Shown here: piece by piece, positions 46,259-56,104 of the stretch
How positions within the stretch are numbered: the stretch's first letter is position 1
How the letters are laid out: every line of letters starts with the position of its first letter
IMG/VR virus record: IMGVR_UViG_3300021431_000099
Location: 1-64,000 of that record
Length of the DNA: 64,000 nt
DNA from: a virus
Taxonomy: Duplodnaviria > Heunggongvirae > Uroviricota > Caudoviricetes
Reading direction: 5' to 3' (one strand)
Program-made: the position numbers and the translations under genes
Notes under the pieces: model-generated
The model's database searches: none
What the model was told of the DNA's origin: nothing
The model's input: only the letters and a program-made list of their open reading frames with translations

Positions 46259-46798
46259 TTAATCCCAAAGGCAATCAAAATGTTTTCCCAATTCATGAAA
46301 AGTGTTTTCTATTAGGGTTTGCCGCTCTTTGGAGATTTCTTCTATTCGATCAAAGTAGAGTTCTTTAATTTCATTATAGTGGTCACTTTTATTATAACCG
46401 ACCATCTTATGCCCTAAATCATCTACAACTTCTACACGGGCCTCATTAGAAACTTTTTCCCATTCTTCAGCAAACTCATTCTTGGTAGTATACCAAAAGT
46501 CTTCATCGTTGAAAGTTTCTATGACATCAGCTACACTATGAAGCCAATCATGCCATTTTTCAGGAGTTTCAAAAGGTTCGCTGCCTGGATAAGCACTGCC
46601 ATAATCAGCCATATGACGAAGCATTGGCGGCAGCACTAAACAAAACCAGGTATCAATATTCCATACATCAGTATAGCAATAGCCTTTTGTTGCGCGCATC
46701 CAGGCGGCCTTTAAATTTACGGCGGCCTCTTTAAAAAATTTAATAGGATGTCTAAAATAATAAGATGGACGAAACAAAAGTTTAAAAACATTATTCAT
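46259..46798 (-). CDS. hypothetical protein (179 aa)
   Basis: ORF; Trp/Asp-rich. Confidence 0.55.
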   Translation of the reverse strand: MNNVFKLLFRPSYYFRHPIKFFKEAAVNLKAAWMRATKGYCYTDVWNIDTWFCLVLPPMLRHMADYGSAYPGSEPFETPEKWHDWLHSVADVIETFNDEDFWYTTKNEFAEEWEKVSNEARVEVVDDLGHKMVGYNKSDHYNEIKELYFDRIEEISKERQTLIENTFHELGKHFDCLWD

Positions 46799-47048
46799 TT
46801 CTTATTTCTCCAAATTCTGAATCCGCTTCTTCTGCTAGCTTGCGGCCGCACACGGGGCAATAATTGATTTCAATTTCGCCATCAATGTCAGCATAGCCAA
46901 AATATCCACCATCTAAAGAGCCCCAAATTTCAATATAGGGATTACCTCTCCTAGTTTCAATAGAGGCGCAAAGTCGTAAATCAGAATAAACTTCTAGTTC
47001 ATTAGCGGCGTTTTCACAATACTTACACATACTACATTCTACTCCCAT
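46791..47048 (-). CDS. zinc-ribbon protein (85 aa)
   Basis: CSMCKYC ... CPVCGRK. Confidence 0.55.
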   Translation of the reverse strand: MGVECSMCKYCENAANELEVYSDLRLCASIETRRGNPYIEIWGSLDGGYFGYADIDGEIEINYCPVCGRKLAEEADSEFGEIRNE

Positions 47049-47358
47049 CTAATTGTTTTAAATATCTTATATACCCTTTTGCTTCTTCTATTGTATCATA
47101 AACACAATAACTATCAAAGTCATCGTCTATACTTTTATCAAAAACAGGCTTGCCCCATTCAAATTCAGTTATTGCCCTAATACAATACTCTTGTCCGTGA
47201 ATTTTAAAAATAGAAACAACATTTTCATTCCGAGCGAATTTATTGTATAAATCAATGATGTAGCCTATTGAGATGTCTTGCGAAGGCTTCCTCATCTTCG
47301 TAATCTTCAAACTCCAAGAACACGTGATTTTCAATCCACTCTGTATAAATGTCGTCAT
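47032..47358 (-). CDS. hypothetical protein (108 aa)
   Basis: ORF. Confidence 0.5.
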   Translation of the reverse strand: MTTFIQSGLKITCSWSLKITKMRKPSQDISIGYIIDLYNKFARNENVVSIFKIHGQEYCIRAITEFEWGKPVFDKSIDDDFDSYCVYDTIEEAKGYIRYLKQLDGSRM

Positions 47359-47387
47359 ATTGTGCTTTTCTCACACTAATTCCTCCT

Positions 47388-47606
47388 TTAAAATCCACTG
47401 AATTTATAAACTAAATTTTCTCCATTCTTATGACTAATCTCCATCCAATAACGATGGTGTAATGCCCATGCTTCAGCCTGTTTAACTTCATCTTCTTTTA
47501 ATGGATAATAAAAGTTTGTTTTTCCCATTTCTCTTGCTTCTTTCACTCGTAAGTTAAGAGAATAATGAAGCGCGGGAATTGGCTTTTTCTTTTTAAATAA
47601 ACTCAT
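47388..47606 (-). CDS. hypothetical protein (about 72 aa)
   Basis: Likely start is MSLFKKKK, with ATGA overlap onto the nucleotidyltransferase stop. Confidence 0.45.
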   Translation of the reverse strand: MSLFKKKKPIPALHYSLNLRVKEAREMGKTNFYYPLKEDEVKQAEAWALHHRYWMEISHKNGENLVYKFSGF

Positions 47607-48322
47607 AGTTCTTTCTTTAAATATCCTTTCACAATATTTTTCATACAAATTGCCAAATCATCATCCCAAGCCGCAATTAAATTAAGTTCAGATTCAGAAT
47701 GCATAAGAAGATAATAATTACGGCAATTATCCGCAAAACGCTTCATATCTTCAAAAGTAGCAAAAATAGCTTCTTTTGTAGGAAGTTCTCTTTCTTCATT
47801 AAAACGAAGTTCGCGCGCACTTGAAAAAACTTCATATTTTGCCCAAGTTGTATTATCCATAACAAAATCATGTTCTGCGATGAAAGAGCAAAGACTAATA
47901 AGATAAAGTGCGCGTGAAGCAGATTTACGATTGACTCCATAACGGTCAAGTGAATTTTTAATCATGCCTTCAACCGTGGCGATAAAACTATCCCACACAA
48001 TGAAAAGATAGCCTTCAGAATAAGCACGCTTTGCTGCATCAAGGTAAACCTCAATGTCCTCTACACATTTAATATAACGAGAAAAAAGCATCTCAAGAGC
48101 ATTGATATTGCCCTTACGAACGTTCTTATCAAAAGTAAGAATGCTCATGACATTGTAATGCTCTGGGTCATATCCATCAGGTAAATCATTTTTATCTACT
48201 TTGTGGTAGTTATAAAAATCATTAAAGTCAGGCATCATAAGGAGTTTATAATCAAAATCAGAATCAGGGCCATCTAACTGGTAATTCTGGGAACCATACA
48301 AGATTTGTGCTACTGGTTTCAT
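47603..48322 (-). CDS. Pol-beta-superfamily (minimal) nucleotidyltransferase
   Basis: ILYGSQNYQLDGPDSDFDY matches the GS-x9-DxD nucleotidyltransferase signature. Confidence 0.6.
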   Translation of the reverse strand: MKPVAQILYGSQNYQLDGPDSDFDYKLLMMPDFNDFYNYHKVDKNDLPDGYDPEHYNVMSILTFDKNVRKGNINALEMLFSRYIKCVEDIEVYLDAAKRAYSEGYLFIVWDSFIATVEGMIKNSLDRYGVNRKSASRALYLISLCSFIAEHDFVMDNTTWAKYEVFSSARELRFNEERELPTKEAIFATFEDMKRFADNCRNYYLLMHSESELNLIAAWDDDLAICMKNIVKGYLKKEL

Positions 48323-48342
48323 TTTAATTACTCAACTTTCTC

Positions 48343-48555
48343 CTAACAAAAAGGTAAATTATTTATTACATCTGCCTTCATTTTACTAGTCCGAAGACTA
48401 GCACCACAAAATGGGCAATTGTAAATAAGCATACGAAAATTTTGAAATTCTAACCAATAAGTATCGTCTTCATCTTTTTTAATCTTTGCTTTTATATTTC
48501 TATGTTCAGGTTGATTAAATGGAAAAAAATCTTTTCCGTTACAGAATTTACACAT
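48343..48555 (-). CDS. zinc-ribbon protein (70 aa)
   Basis: CKFCNGK ... CPFCG. Confidence 0.55.
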   Translation of the reverse strand: MCKFCNGKDFFPFNQPEHRNIKAKIKKDEDDTYWLEFQNFRMLIYNCPFCGASLRTSKMKADVINNLPFC

Positions 48556-48976
48556 TTTCTATCCTTTCTGAAGCATAACCGCTATCAGTCGTATAGTGAA
48601 TATTCTTAATACCAAGTCGCTTAATAGCGGCCATACAAGCTGGGCAAGGCCTAGCCATTCCAAGTTTTCCGTCCCTAAGTTCACGATAAACGTAGACATG
48701 AACTTTGGAAAAATCAATATCCAAATATTTTATTTTGGAAAGCGACATCATTTCAGCATGATTCTTTGAAGGCAGATATTTATTACCACATTCTTTATAA
48801 CGCCATCGGTTATATTTGGCTTGGTCAGTGTGTGTGCGGTCAGTATTAAAACCTTTTGCGAGCACGGTGCCTTTATAGGATATTACCGCACCTATACGGG
48901 CCCGTCCACAACCACTATAATCCGATTTAAAACTACATTCTCGCGCCAACCTAAACAAATGGCTATCACTTTTCAA
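48548..48976 (-). CDS. dCMP / cytidine-deaminase-fold zinc deaminase
   Basis: HAEMMSL ... PCPACMAAI (H[AC]E ... PCxxC). Confidence 0.75.
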   Translation of the reverse strand: MKSDSHLFRLARECSFKSDYSGCGRARIGAVISYKGTVLAKGFNTDRTHTDQAKYNRWRYKECGNKYLPSKNHAEMMSLSKIKYLDIDFSKVHVYVYRELRDGKLGMARPCPACMAAIKRLGIKNIHYTTDSGYASERIENV

Positions 48977-49030
48977 AATATTTGCTCCCTTCCTTTGATA
49001 TAATTATTATATCATAAATTTAAGAGTTAG

Positions 49031-49852
49031 TCAAATATTGACTAACTCATTTACATATTCTGGATGCTCTTGGAAAGAAGGAATATGCATTGCTACTTCC
49101 CAGCGCTTACGAGGGACTTTAATTTTAGTATCATCCGGCCGCGTGAAGGTTTCTACACATTCATATTTCCGTACGCAAATACCTTCACGATAGAAGGAAG
49201 GAATAAAGTTCCAATCCACCTTATGTTTTTCTGCCATCATTTGCTTGCGCTCTTCCGTAGACTTACCTTCAAGCTCCTTATCAGAAAACAATGTGCGCGC
49301 AACCATACTTACAGCATTTCGCTGGCAGTCTTTTCTTCTCCACAAAAAATAGTTGTTGACTTCTTCTTTGGGAAGTATAAATGCACGGCAATCAAACACA
49401 GCTAATTTACTTTCCTGCGCCTTATAGTGTGCTTCAATCCATTCTGGAATGATATAATCATTTTCCTCGCAATCTTCAACAAAGTCTTTAATGGCAAGGT
49501 CATGTGCCTTATAGAAAAATACAGAAGCCATACTCGCGGCGACACTACACATTTTTTGTAGATTTTTACCAAACCAAGACTCTGTTTCAAGAGTATCATA
49601 GTCTGTTAGAAGAATAGAGATTTCATCACTCTGAACGTATGCCATCTTTGCACCAGAGATATTCTGACAAAGCTGCTTTGCCGTGTCCCACATAGCTTCC
49701 ATAAATACGCGGTCAAAAGGCTTATTAAAGCTCTTTGTATAACTATGGAAAGCCTTACCGTCTAGCCGCAAAATACAAGGCATCCTCCTTGGAAGATAAA
49801 AACGATTTACATTCTCATACGCCTTAAAACGGTCACCCATCTTATCAATCAT
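49031..49852 (-). CDS. Thg1-like protein (tRNA-His guanylyltransferase family; 3'-5' nucleotidyltransferase)
   Basis: KAYENVNRFYLP...ILRLDGKAFHSYTKSFNKPFD...AYVQSDEISILL matches the Thg1/TLP motifs RLDGRxFH and SDE(Y/I)S. Confidence 0.75.
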   Translation of the reverse strand: MIDKMGDRFKAYENVNRFYLPRRMPCILRLDGKAFHSYTKSFNKPFDRVFMEAMWDTAKQLCQNISGAKMAYVQSDEISILLTDYDTLETESWFGKNLQKMCSVAASMASVFFYKAHDLAIKDFVEDCEENDYIIPEWIEAHYKAQESKLAVFDCRAFILPKEEVNNYFLWRRKDCQRNAVSMVARTLFSDKELEGKSTEERKQMMAEKHKVDWNFIPSFYREGICVRKYECVETFTRPDDTKIKVPRKRWEVAMHIPSFQEHPEYVNELVNI

Positions 49853-49867
49853 ATTTAATATCCTTTC

Positions 49868-50647
49868 TTAATAATTGCTATCGGTGCTATAACCATCGTG
49901 ATAGCCAGCATAATCAATAGCTACATAATGACCATCTATATCAGCAAAGTTCGCGCAATGAAGGTCATTAATACCATTCGCATAAAGAAAATCAGTGACG
50001 AGTTGATATGCCTCTTCACCATACTGACGAATAAAGTCAACAGCTACGGCCAAATTAGAATCTCGCATAGGACTTACAATCTTCTGCGCCTTATTAATAT
50101 ATTCATTTTCGTCCTGCGAACCCGCGACGCCCATAAAGTAATGCGGCCGAGCCTTGGGATAGGCATAAAGAGGAATAGAGATGGTGATGTCATGAATCTC
50201 ACCAAACCAATCCTCATTCTCCATAAAATTCTGTTCAAACTCACGCCAATCGTAATCGCACCAGCTCATATTGCGGTCAATGTCGCGATAATCATAGAAG
50301 TGAATAGTCTTGGTATAAGTTCCGAGATAGACACATTCAGCAAAGTATTGTTCTACACCTGCATCAATAGCCTTATCATAGAGGTATTCTTCACGCTCGC
50401 AGGCATATCCATTGGCATCGCCCTCAATATCAAACTTAACTACATAATCATAGTTAGCATCAATAAGGCAGCCGCGAGTTGCACCAAACTTCATACTAAG
50501 ATTTTCCGGGAAAGCAATGTCATCTATGCTGCCAAATGCGCTCTCCATAGAATACGGAGCCTGAAAATAAGTATTCCAAAACAAAGAATGATACAACATA
50601 TCATCAAAAATGTCAGAGAAGTGCTTGAAAACCTCACGCTTATTCAT
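49868..50647 (-). CDS. hypothetical protein (259 aa)
   Basis: ORF; acidic, Tyr/Asp-rich. Confidence 0.55.
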   Translation of the reverse strand: MNKREVFKHFSDIFDDMLYHSLFWNTYFQAPYSMESAFGSIDDIAFPENLSMKFGATRGCLIDANYDYVVKFDIEGDANGYACEREEYLYDKAIDAGVEQYFAECVYLGTYTKTIHFYDYRDIDRNMSWCDYDWREFEQNFMENEDWFGEIHDITISIPLYAYPKARPHYFMGVAGSQDENEYINKAQKIVSPMRDSNLAVAVDFIRQYGEEAYQLVTDFLYANGINDLHCANFADIDGHYVAIDYAGYHDGYSTDSNY

Positions 50648-50718
50648 ATAATGAATATCTCCTTTTCACTTTCTATATATATTATATCATAATTTTTATT
50701 TTTAGTCAAATAATTTTA

Positions 50719-50988
50719 TTACCATAAATCTTCTGTATATAATGGTTGCGGTGGTTTCCATGATTCTACTTGTCCTGCTAACCGTGCCCTTTCAAACGCT
50801 TCTTCGCGCGAAACAAATTCTGTCTTTTGTTCTAACTGATTCCAATCAAGAAAGCCTTGTTCAACTTTTGATTTATCATAATCACAATGGAGATATTTCA
50901 TCCAAAGGTAGAAGTCTCCGTGCCTGTGAACGGGGAAGACATGTTCTTCTCCATTTACTATTGCCTTAACTGCCGCAGCCGTTATCAT
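50719..50988 (-). CDS. hypothetical protein (89 aa)
   Basis: ORF. Confidence 0.5.
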   Translation of the reverse strand: MITAAAVKAIVNGEEHVFPVHRHGDFYLWMKYLHCDYDKSKVEQGFLDWNQLEQKTEFVSREEAFERARLAGQVESWKPPQPLYTEDLW

Positions 50989-50989
50989 T

Positions 50990-51196
50990 TTATTCTCCCT
51001 TATTTATCATAAGATTTATTAAATCTGATATTGAACAATTTGTATTTTGAGTTTGAATTATTTGATTTGTGGCTAATGAATAAGGAGTATTTAATATAGG
51101 ATTTTCTAAGGTAGCGTGTGCTTCTCCTATATCATTAATTACCACATTTAATAATGTGCCACAGCATGGGCAAATTACAGTTCCATAATTAGTCAT
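50990..51196 (-). CDS. zinc-ribbon protein (68 aa)
   Basis: CPCCG. Confidence 0.5.
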   Translation of the reverse strand: MTNYGTVICPCCGTLLNVVINDIGEAHATLENPILNTPYSLATNQIIQTQNTNCSISDLINLMINKGE

Positions 51197-51446
51197 CTTC
51201 TAACAACCCCGTTCTTCGTGCCATGTCTTCCCATAAAATAGATGAAGGATATTTCCACCATTCATTATCATAGATATTACCTGTGCGTGTATCTTCGTTA
51301 TAAATCCATTCGGGTTTAGCTGTGCTGCTATAAGTTACTCGCCTGTCATTACAATATAGACAAAACGATTGCGTAGGACTATAAATTCTATGACATTTGG
51401 GGCATTCCCATCCTTGTTGAATAAAACCATAATCAGGATTATACAT
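51189..51446 (-). CDS. zinc-ribbon protein (85 aa)
   Basis: CPKCH ... CLYCN. Confidence 0.5.
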   Translation of the reverse strand: MYNPDYGFIQQGWECPKCHRIYSPTQSFCLYCNDRRVTYSSTAKPEWIYNEDTRTGNIYDNEWWKYPSSILWEDMARRTGLLEDD

Positions 51447-51678
51447 TCTTCTTCTCCTCCACTATAATACCGTCGTAGTTTTTATCATATTCTATTTCAT
51501 TAGCATGTTTGCATAGTGGACAATATACTAAATTAGCGCCATAAATATCACTCTTTTGTATATTAGCTAAAACAGCACCACAACCCTGACATATAATCAT
51601 AATGCCAGGGTATTTTTGAGATAAAACTTCCATACTACATGAGGCCTCCTGGCCAACTATCATCATGAGTAGATTCAT
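51439..51678 (-). CDS. zinc-ribbon protein (79 aa)
   Basis: CQGCG ... CPLCKH. Confidence 0.5.
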   Translation of the reverse strand: MNLLMMIVGQEASCSMEVLSQKYPGIMIICQGCGAVLANIQKSDIYGANLVYCPLCKHANEIEYDKNYDGIIVEEKKNV

Positions 51679-51716
51679 AAATTACAAAGAATATGATAAA
51701 TAAACATAAAACTAAA

Positions 51717-51971
51717 CTAATAGACATCTACTATATCATCCTCATTACAAAAACTATCTTCCATTACATCGTAATGCCAACCGTTTTCACCCTCTGACCG
51801 CCATTCGCACCAGCCACTATACCGCCCCATTTCATCAGGAATATAATCACTAATAAAGTAAGGGCAGTCGCGGCAAAAACGAATATTAATTGGAGTAGAG
51901 TGCGCGAAAAGATACATACTTTCTATCTCGCTCACCAATTCGCGCACATCATCTTCACTGTAGTATTTCAT
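51717..51971 (-). CDS. Cys-rich small protein, tandem paralogue A
   Basis: RFCRDCPYF ... C ... FCNEDDI. Confidence 0.55.
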   Translation of the reverse strand: MKYYSEDDVRELVSEIESMYLFAHSTPINIRFCRDCPYFISDYIPDEMGRYSGWCEWRSEGENGWHYDVMEDSFCNEDDIVDVY

Positions 51972-52257
51972 TTTTTATTTTATCCTCATTACAGAAATCT
52001 GTGTCATCTACGCGAACATAGTAAGGTACATGTTCGTCTGAAAAACGAAGGCATCGGCCGTGAATAATACCCGGGTCTGGTTGTATTCCATTTATATCAA
52101 ATAAAGGACAATTACGGCAGAAACGAACCTTAATATTCGTGGGAACCGTTTTACCTTCTGTTAAATATGGCTCAGTTTCATCTATAATATCTAAAATCTT
52201 ATTTAAACGAGTATCTTTAAGATACTGTTCAAGAATTTCGCGACTATAATATGTCAT
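51955..52257 (-). CDS. Cys-rich small protein, tandem paralogue B
   Basis: RFCRNCPLF ... C ... FCNEDKI. Confidence 0.55.
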   Translation of the reverse strand: MTYYSREILEQYLKDTRLNKILDIIDETEPYLTEGKTVPTNIKVRFCRNCPLFDINGIQPDPGIIHGRCLRFSDEHVPYYVRVDDTDFCNEDKIKNEILQ

Positions 52258-52260
52258 ATA

Positions 52261-53142
52261 TCAATGGCTCCTTTCATCTGCGTCATGTAGAATAAGAATC
52301 TTCTTCCATAGTTCTTCACCTAAGCGCTTTTCCCATACAGAAGAAGCATTGGTGTCATAAGGCTTCATATGATAACAAACCAGCTGAATGACTTCAATCG
52401 GTAGCTCCATATTCATAGCAAGGAAAGCACCATAACTATCATGAGAATAGTAATGTGCTATGCCATTTTCATCATAGCTACGAGTATAGGCTTTTCCAAT
52501 ATCATGTGCGCCGGCCGCAGCATACATATTTACCTGTTCATCATTAGACAAACTATCAACATTTACCTTATTAATACAATCAAAAAGATGGTTAAATAAA
52601 GTAAGAGTATGATGTGGGTTATCCTGCGAGCCTGCTGCGCGCACATCTGCCCACATATTTTCTGCGAACTTTTTTACATCATATTCTGCGGGAGTAACAA
52701 TTTCAATTACATCCCATCCCTCGTTATAAACGGGCATCTGGAATTGCTTGATCTGTCGCTCAAATAACCAATCAGGAACCTGACGCTCGCGCTTCTTATT
52801 CCATTCCTTACAAATGGAAAGAGGAGTATTAAATACAACGACACGACACTTAACATCAGGGAAACGGCGCTTAATTTGATTAAGAGTATGAATGCGATGC
52901 TTCATAGCAAGATTGGTAGCACAGTAAAAGACATTGATATTATGAGAAAGAGCAGACTTAGTGCGCGCGAACATTTCACTAAACACCTTATCTGGATTCT
53001 GCTGGTCATTAGCATCTCCCCATAGCTCTCTCCTTACCATATCGGAATCTGCTACTATATCAGTAGCAATATTATGCTGCTCATAGCACCAATGGCTCTT
53101 ACCGCTGCCGCTAATACCTACCGTCATAACAAATTCAGTCAT
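52261..53142 (-). CDS. polynucleotide 5'-kinase (P-loop) fused to an HD-domain phosphohydrolase (Pnkp-like RNA repair enzyme)
   Basis: MTVGISGSGKSHW (Walker A, T4 Pnk-like N-terminus). C-terminal H..H...HD (HHTLTLFNH...GAHDIGK). Confidence 0.7.
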   Translation of the reverse strand: MTEFVMTVGISGSGKSHWCYEQHNIATDIVADSDMVRRELWGDANDQQNPDKVFSEMFARTKSALSHNINVFYCATNLAMKHRIHTLNQIKRRFPDVKCRVVVFNTPLSICKEWNKKRERQVPDWLFERQIKQFQMPVYNEGWDVIEIVTPAEYDVKKFAENMWADVRAAGSQDNPHHTLTLFNHLFDCINKVNVDSLSNDEQVNMYAAAGAHDIGKAYTRSYDENGIAHYYSHDSYGAFLAMNMELPIEVIQLVCYHMKPYDTNASSVWEKRLGEELWKKILILHDADERSH

Positions 53143-53528
53143 TTATCTCCACATGCTCCTTTCTGTATAAAACGCGCATTCTGCTTAAAAATCTTACGTT
53201 TGGATTTTGGGACATCAGCGATAAACCAAAGCGAACGAGTAGTAACCAAATGATTATCTTCAAACATTATAGCATAAAAACGTCCGCCCATACCACGAGG
53301 TTCATCCTTATCAGAGCCAATCTGATAGAGCTTGTTATTTGTAACAAAATATTCATGCTGTCCCGGCACTACATACCTGGCCGCAAGTAAATCCCACCGA
53401 TGAATGGACCAACAATCTCCTTTGTAGCACGTATAAGTATTAGGCCCCACACAATAATATGGCTCGTTTTCCTTAAATTCGCGGCCGCAAACGCAACAAA
53501 ATTTACTCACTGTATAGCATCCTCCCAA
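53139..53528 (-). CDS. hypothetical Cys-rich protein (129 aa)
   Basis: CCVCG ... C..C. Confidence 0.5.
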   Translation of the reverse strand: MGGCYTVSKFCCVCGREFKENEPYYCVGPNTYTCYKGDCWSIHRWDLLAARYVVPGQHEYFVTNNKLYQIGSDKDEPRGMGGRFYAIMFEDNHLVTTRSLWFIADVPKSKRKIFKQNARFIQKGACGDK

Positions 53529-53794
53529 GAAACGGTCATAACACGACTATCAGGGCATTTTAGAGTATGTTGTTTACCCGTGGGTGAAAAACTTACCGCA
53601 TAGCCAAGCGAAGTGAAGTAATCAAAGAGTCCGTCTTGAATAGCAGGAGAGTCAATTACGAAATCGCACTCAAATTTACCCAAAGAGATATTAGTCAGAA
53701 TGCGAGTATTCATCATATCCAACATGCGAGCACGCTGGGCTTCAATAGCCTCAATCGTCTTCGCACGTGCGGTGGTAGCCTTCATAATTTCCAT
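53507..53794 (-). CDS. hypothetical protein (95 aa)
   Basis: ORF. Confidence 0.5.
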   Translation of the reverse strand: MEIMKATTARAKTIEAIEAQRARMLDMMNTRILTNISLGKFECDFVIDSPAIQDGLFDYFTSLGYAVSFSPTGKQHTLKCPDSRVMTVSWEDAIQ

Positions 53795-53861
53795 AATAAA
53801 TTATCCCCTCTCTCTTTACTATAATTATTATAGCAGAAATTGGGGATTTTGTCAAATATTT

Positions 53862-54080
53862 TTAGAGTCCAAAATCTGAATAGATAAAATCTGGAACAGG
53901 AATATCATTTACAGATGGTTCTATTGATAATTCATAGATTAGCAAGCCATAAGTATTATTTAAAGACGCGCACCATTTTATATCAATAATATCTTCTCTT
54001 CTTATATTATGAGTATTAATAAAATGTTGAAGTTCATCTGCGTGGGAAAAATCTTTTACTCTAATCATTTTGTTCTCCAA
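53862..54080 (-). CDS. hypothetical protein (72 aa)
   Basis: ORF. Confidence 0.45.
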   Translation of the reverse strand: MENKMIRVKDFSHADELQHFINTHNIRREDIIDIKWCASLNNTYGLLIYELSIEPSVNDIPVPDFIYSDFGL

Positions 54081-54582
54081 TTAAATTAGTAATTATTTCT
54101 GGATATACTTCATAAACACTTATATAATAATATTGTGGTTTATAATCAGCATAAGAAACTGTATTTTTTTGATAATAAATTTTTATTTGGCTTCCGTCAT
54201 TTATAGTAAGCCAAGCATATTTTACATTTGCATAACGTAAATTATCAATTCTATATTCTTGACCTGCGGCAACGGTAAATAAATCTTTGTTTGCTTGCTC
54301 TGAAGAAAATTCAATATAAGCGCCATAATCACCTATAACAATTCTATCATAGCCATTACAAATTAAAGAACCATCTAAACTATAAAGCGGTCTTGTTTTA
54401 TCGTATGAAAGTAAAAACGCAGGAATAGTATTTGCATAAATATTTCGCGCGATATTACTTAATTCGTTAGATAACTTTTTATATTTATATTTATTACTTA
54501 ATTCATCGCTCAAAAATTTCATCGTTTTGCTCCTTATAATTCTCCAACAACACAACTTCATAATTAGAGAAAAAATAACCAC
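54061..54582 (-). CDS. hypothetical protein (173 aa)
   Basis: ORF. Confidence 0.5.
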   Translation of the reverse strand: MVIFSLIMKLCCWRIIRSKTMKFLSDELSNKYKYKKLSNELSNIARNIYANTIPAFLLSYDKTRPLYSLDGSLICNGYDRIVIGDYGAYIEFSSEQANKDLFTVAAGQEYRIDNLRYANVKYAWLTINDGSQIKIYYQKNTVSYADYKPQYYYISVYEVYPEIITNLIGEQND

Positions 54583-54720
54583 AAAACCAGCAGGTATCTT
54601 TAATCTCCTGCTGTTTCATGCGACAGTTGCCGCAAATGTAGCCTGTCGGCTTCTTTACTAAATGTGTAAACATAATCTTCTATAATAAAAATTGCGTGTG
54701 TAATCGCAATTTCCTTCTCC

Positions 54721-54999
54721 TTATTTGAAATTGTTATGTTTGTTATTGTATATTTGTTCATAATTATTATTATTCGCACAATTACAATGATACTGCTCCT
54801 GCGGTACAGCCATAAGATGTAAGCGGTTTCTATAATCAGCAGTCATCATTATAATATACATCATCCATTCCCAGGGATTTTCTTTTTCAGCAATTAGTTT
54901 TAATATAGAATTATGTGCGCATTCCATAATATCAAGGAGTTCATTATAATCGGCTTGTTTAATATAGTCTTTAATAATTTTATTCATCGTTTTCCTCAT
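54721..54999 (-). CDS. hypothetical protein (92 aa)
   Basis: ORF. Confidence 0.45.
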   Translation of the reverse strand: MRKTMNKIIKDYIKQADYNELLDIMECAHNSILKLIAEKENPWEWMMYIIMMTADYRNRLHLMAVPQEQYHCNCANNNNYEQIYNNKHNNFK

Positions 55000-55261
55000 A
55001 AGTTAAATATCTAACATAGGTAAGAACTGTATCGCCAGTGCCAGGTTTATATTTTTCTTTTTCATAGGCAACCGTATCCGCAGTATCAATTACATTTTGC
55101 GCTTTTTGTAATATCGCATATGCAAAATCATACATTTGTTCTTCATCAAAATCATAATTATAAATTAAACCATGCTCTACCATAGTATCATGAATCATAC
55201 CTTCATAATTCATTGATTCAGCAAATAAATTACAATCGCGGCGATAAATTAATTCTTCCAT
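54980..55261 (-). CDS. hypothetical protein (93 aa)
   Basis: ORF. Confidence 0.45.
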   Translation of the reverse strand: MEELIYRRDCNLFAESMNYEGMIHDTMVEHGLIYNYDFDEEQMYDFAYAILQKAQNVIDTADTVAYEKEKYKPGTGDTVLTYVRYLTYEENDE

Positions 55262-55509
55262 TATTCTTCCACCGGCTCATAAGTTTCTTCAAATACCTCG
55301 CGGCGACAAGGATAGTATTCACCCATCGGGCCGCGAATAATCCAACTTTCAATAGGGGCTTTCATTTCTCCTTCAAGTGTAGGAATAATAAGTTCATTGT
55401 GAGATGTTTTAATTACATGATGCTCGTGCATGAACTCTTGTATTTCTTCAAAGTTATTGCCATCCCATTGAATTGCTTCAATTGGAATTGGCTTCTTTAC
55501 ATACCGCAT
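55261..55509 (-). CDS. hypothetical protein (82 aa)
   Basis: ORF. Confidence 0.45.
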   Translation of the reverse strand: MRYVKKPIPIEAIQWDGNNFEEIQEFMHEHHVIKTSHNELIIPTLEGEMKAPIESWIIRGPMGEYYPCRREVFEETYEPVEE

Positions 55510-55739
55510 TTCTTATTCCACCACCTTAATTCCCATTCATCTGGGTCTTTTGTGTTCCACTCTTCTTCGGCCTCTTCTTCTTCCCATCCAGAAGCCGAAT
55601 GCCCGCAAGTTAGACATTCAATAAATTTTTCAGTTTTTTCAGTAAACCACATTACACCAAATTCATCACGGCGTGCTAGGCCCTCTTCAAAATGACGCAT
55701 ATGATTTTTGCCACAAAGCGGACAATTTCGTAATGTCAT
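55497..55739 (-). CDS. zinc-ribbon protein (80 aa)
   Basis: CPLCGK ... CLTCGH. Confidence 0.5.
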   Translation of the reverse strand: MTLRNCPLCGKNHMRHFEEGLARRDEFGVMWFTEKTEKFIECLTCGHSASGWEEEEAEEEWNTKDPDEWELRWWNKKCGM

Positions 55740-56104
55740 TAATAATCTCCTCCAAATCCTGCCATATTATGATGCCATCGTTCTTCATCGTCATAGTCAT
55801 CTGGATAAGTCATTGTCCACTTTAAACCTGCATTTCCTACATCTATCCAAGGACACCATTCTGGTCGTGGTAAATTCATCCATTCTTGTTGAATGTCTTT
55901 ATTTTTGTCATATTCGGTCCTAGTAGTCTGATAAATAGTCATATAATTACCGTGACATATTCTAAACATATATATTTTTCCATTATCATTTGGAATGTCA
56001 TAAGTGCCCATACAAGGGCATTCAAGACAACTCTTTGGCATTTCCTTATTCAGTGCTATCATTATGGTTCCCTCACATATGCTTTCGCGCGCATAATATA
56101 GCAA
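55739..56104 (-). CDS. hypothetical Cys-rich protein (121 aa)
   Basis: ORF. Confidence 0.5.
   Translation of the reverse strand: MLYYARESICEGTIMIALNKEMPKSCLECPCMGTYDIPNDNGKIYMFRICHGNYMTIYQTTRTEYDKNKDIQQEWMNLPRPEWCPWIDVGNAGLKWTMTYPDDYDDEERWHHNMAGFGGDY

Noticed and set aside
49898-50692. 264-aa plus-strand ORF
   Set aside because: Fully antisense to the 49868-50647 minus ORF. Ile/Leu/Lys-rich composition typical of the reverse frame of AT-rich coding DNA. No RBS. Every other gene is minus-strand.
55213-55695. 160-aa plus-strand ORF
   Set aside because: Antisense to two well-supported minus ORFs (55261-55509, 55497-55739). Low-complexity, Ser/His/Phe-rich. No RBS.
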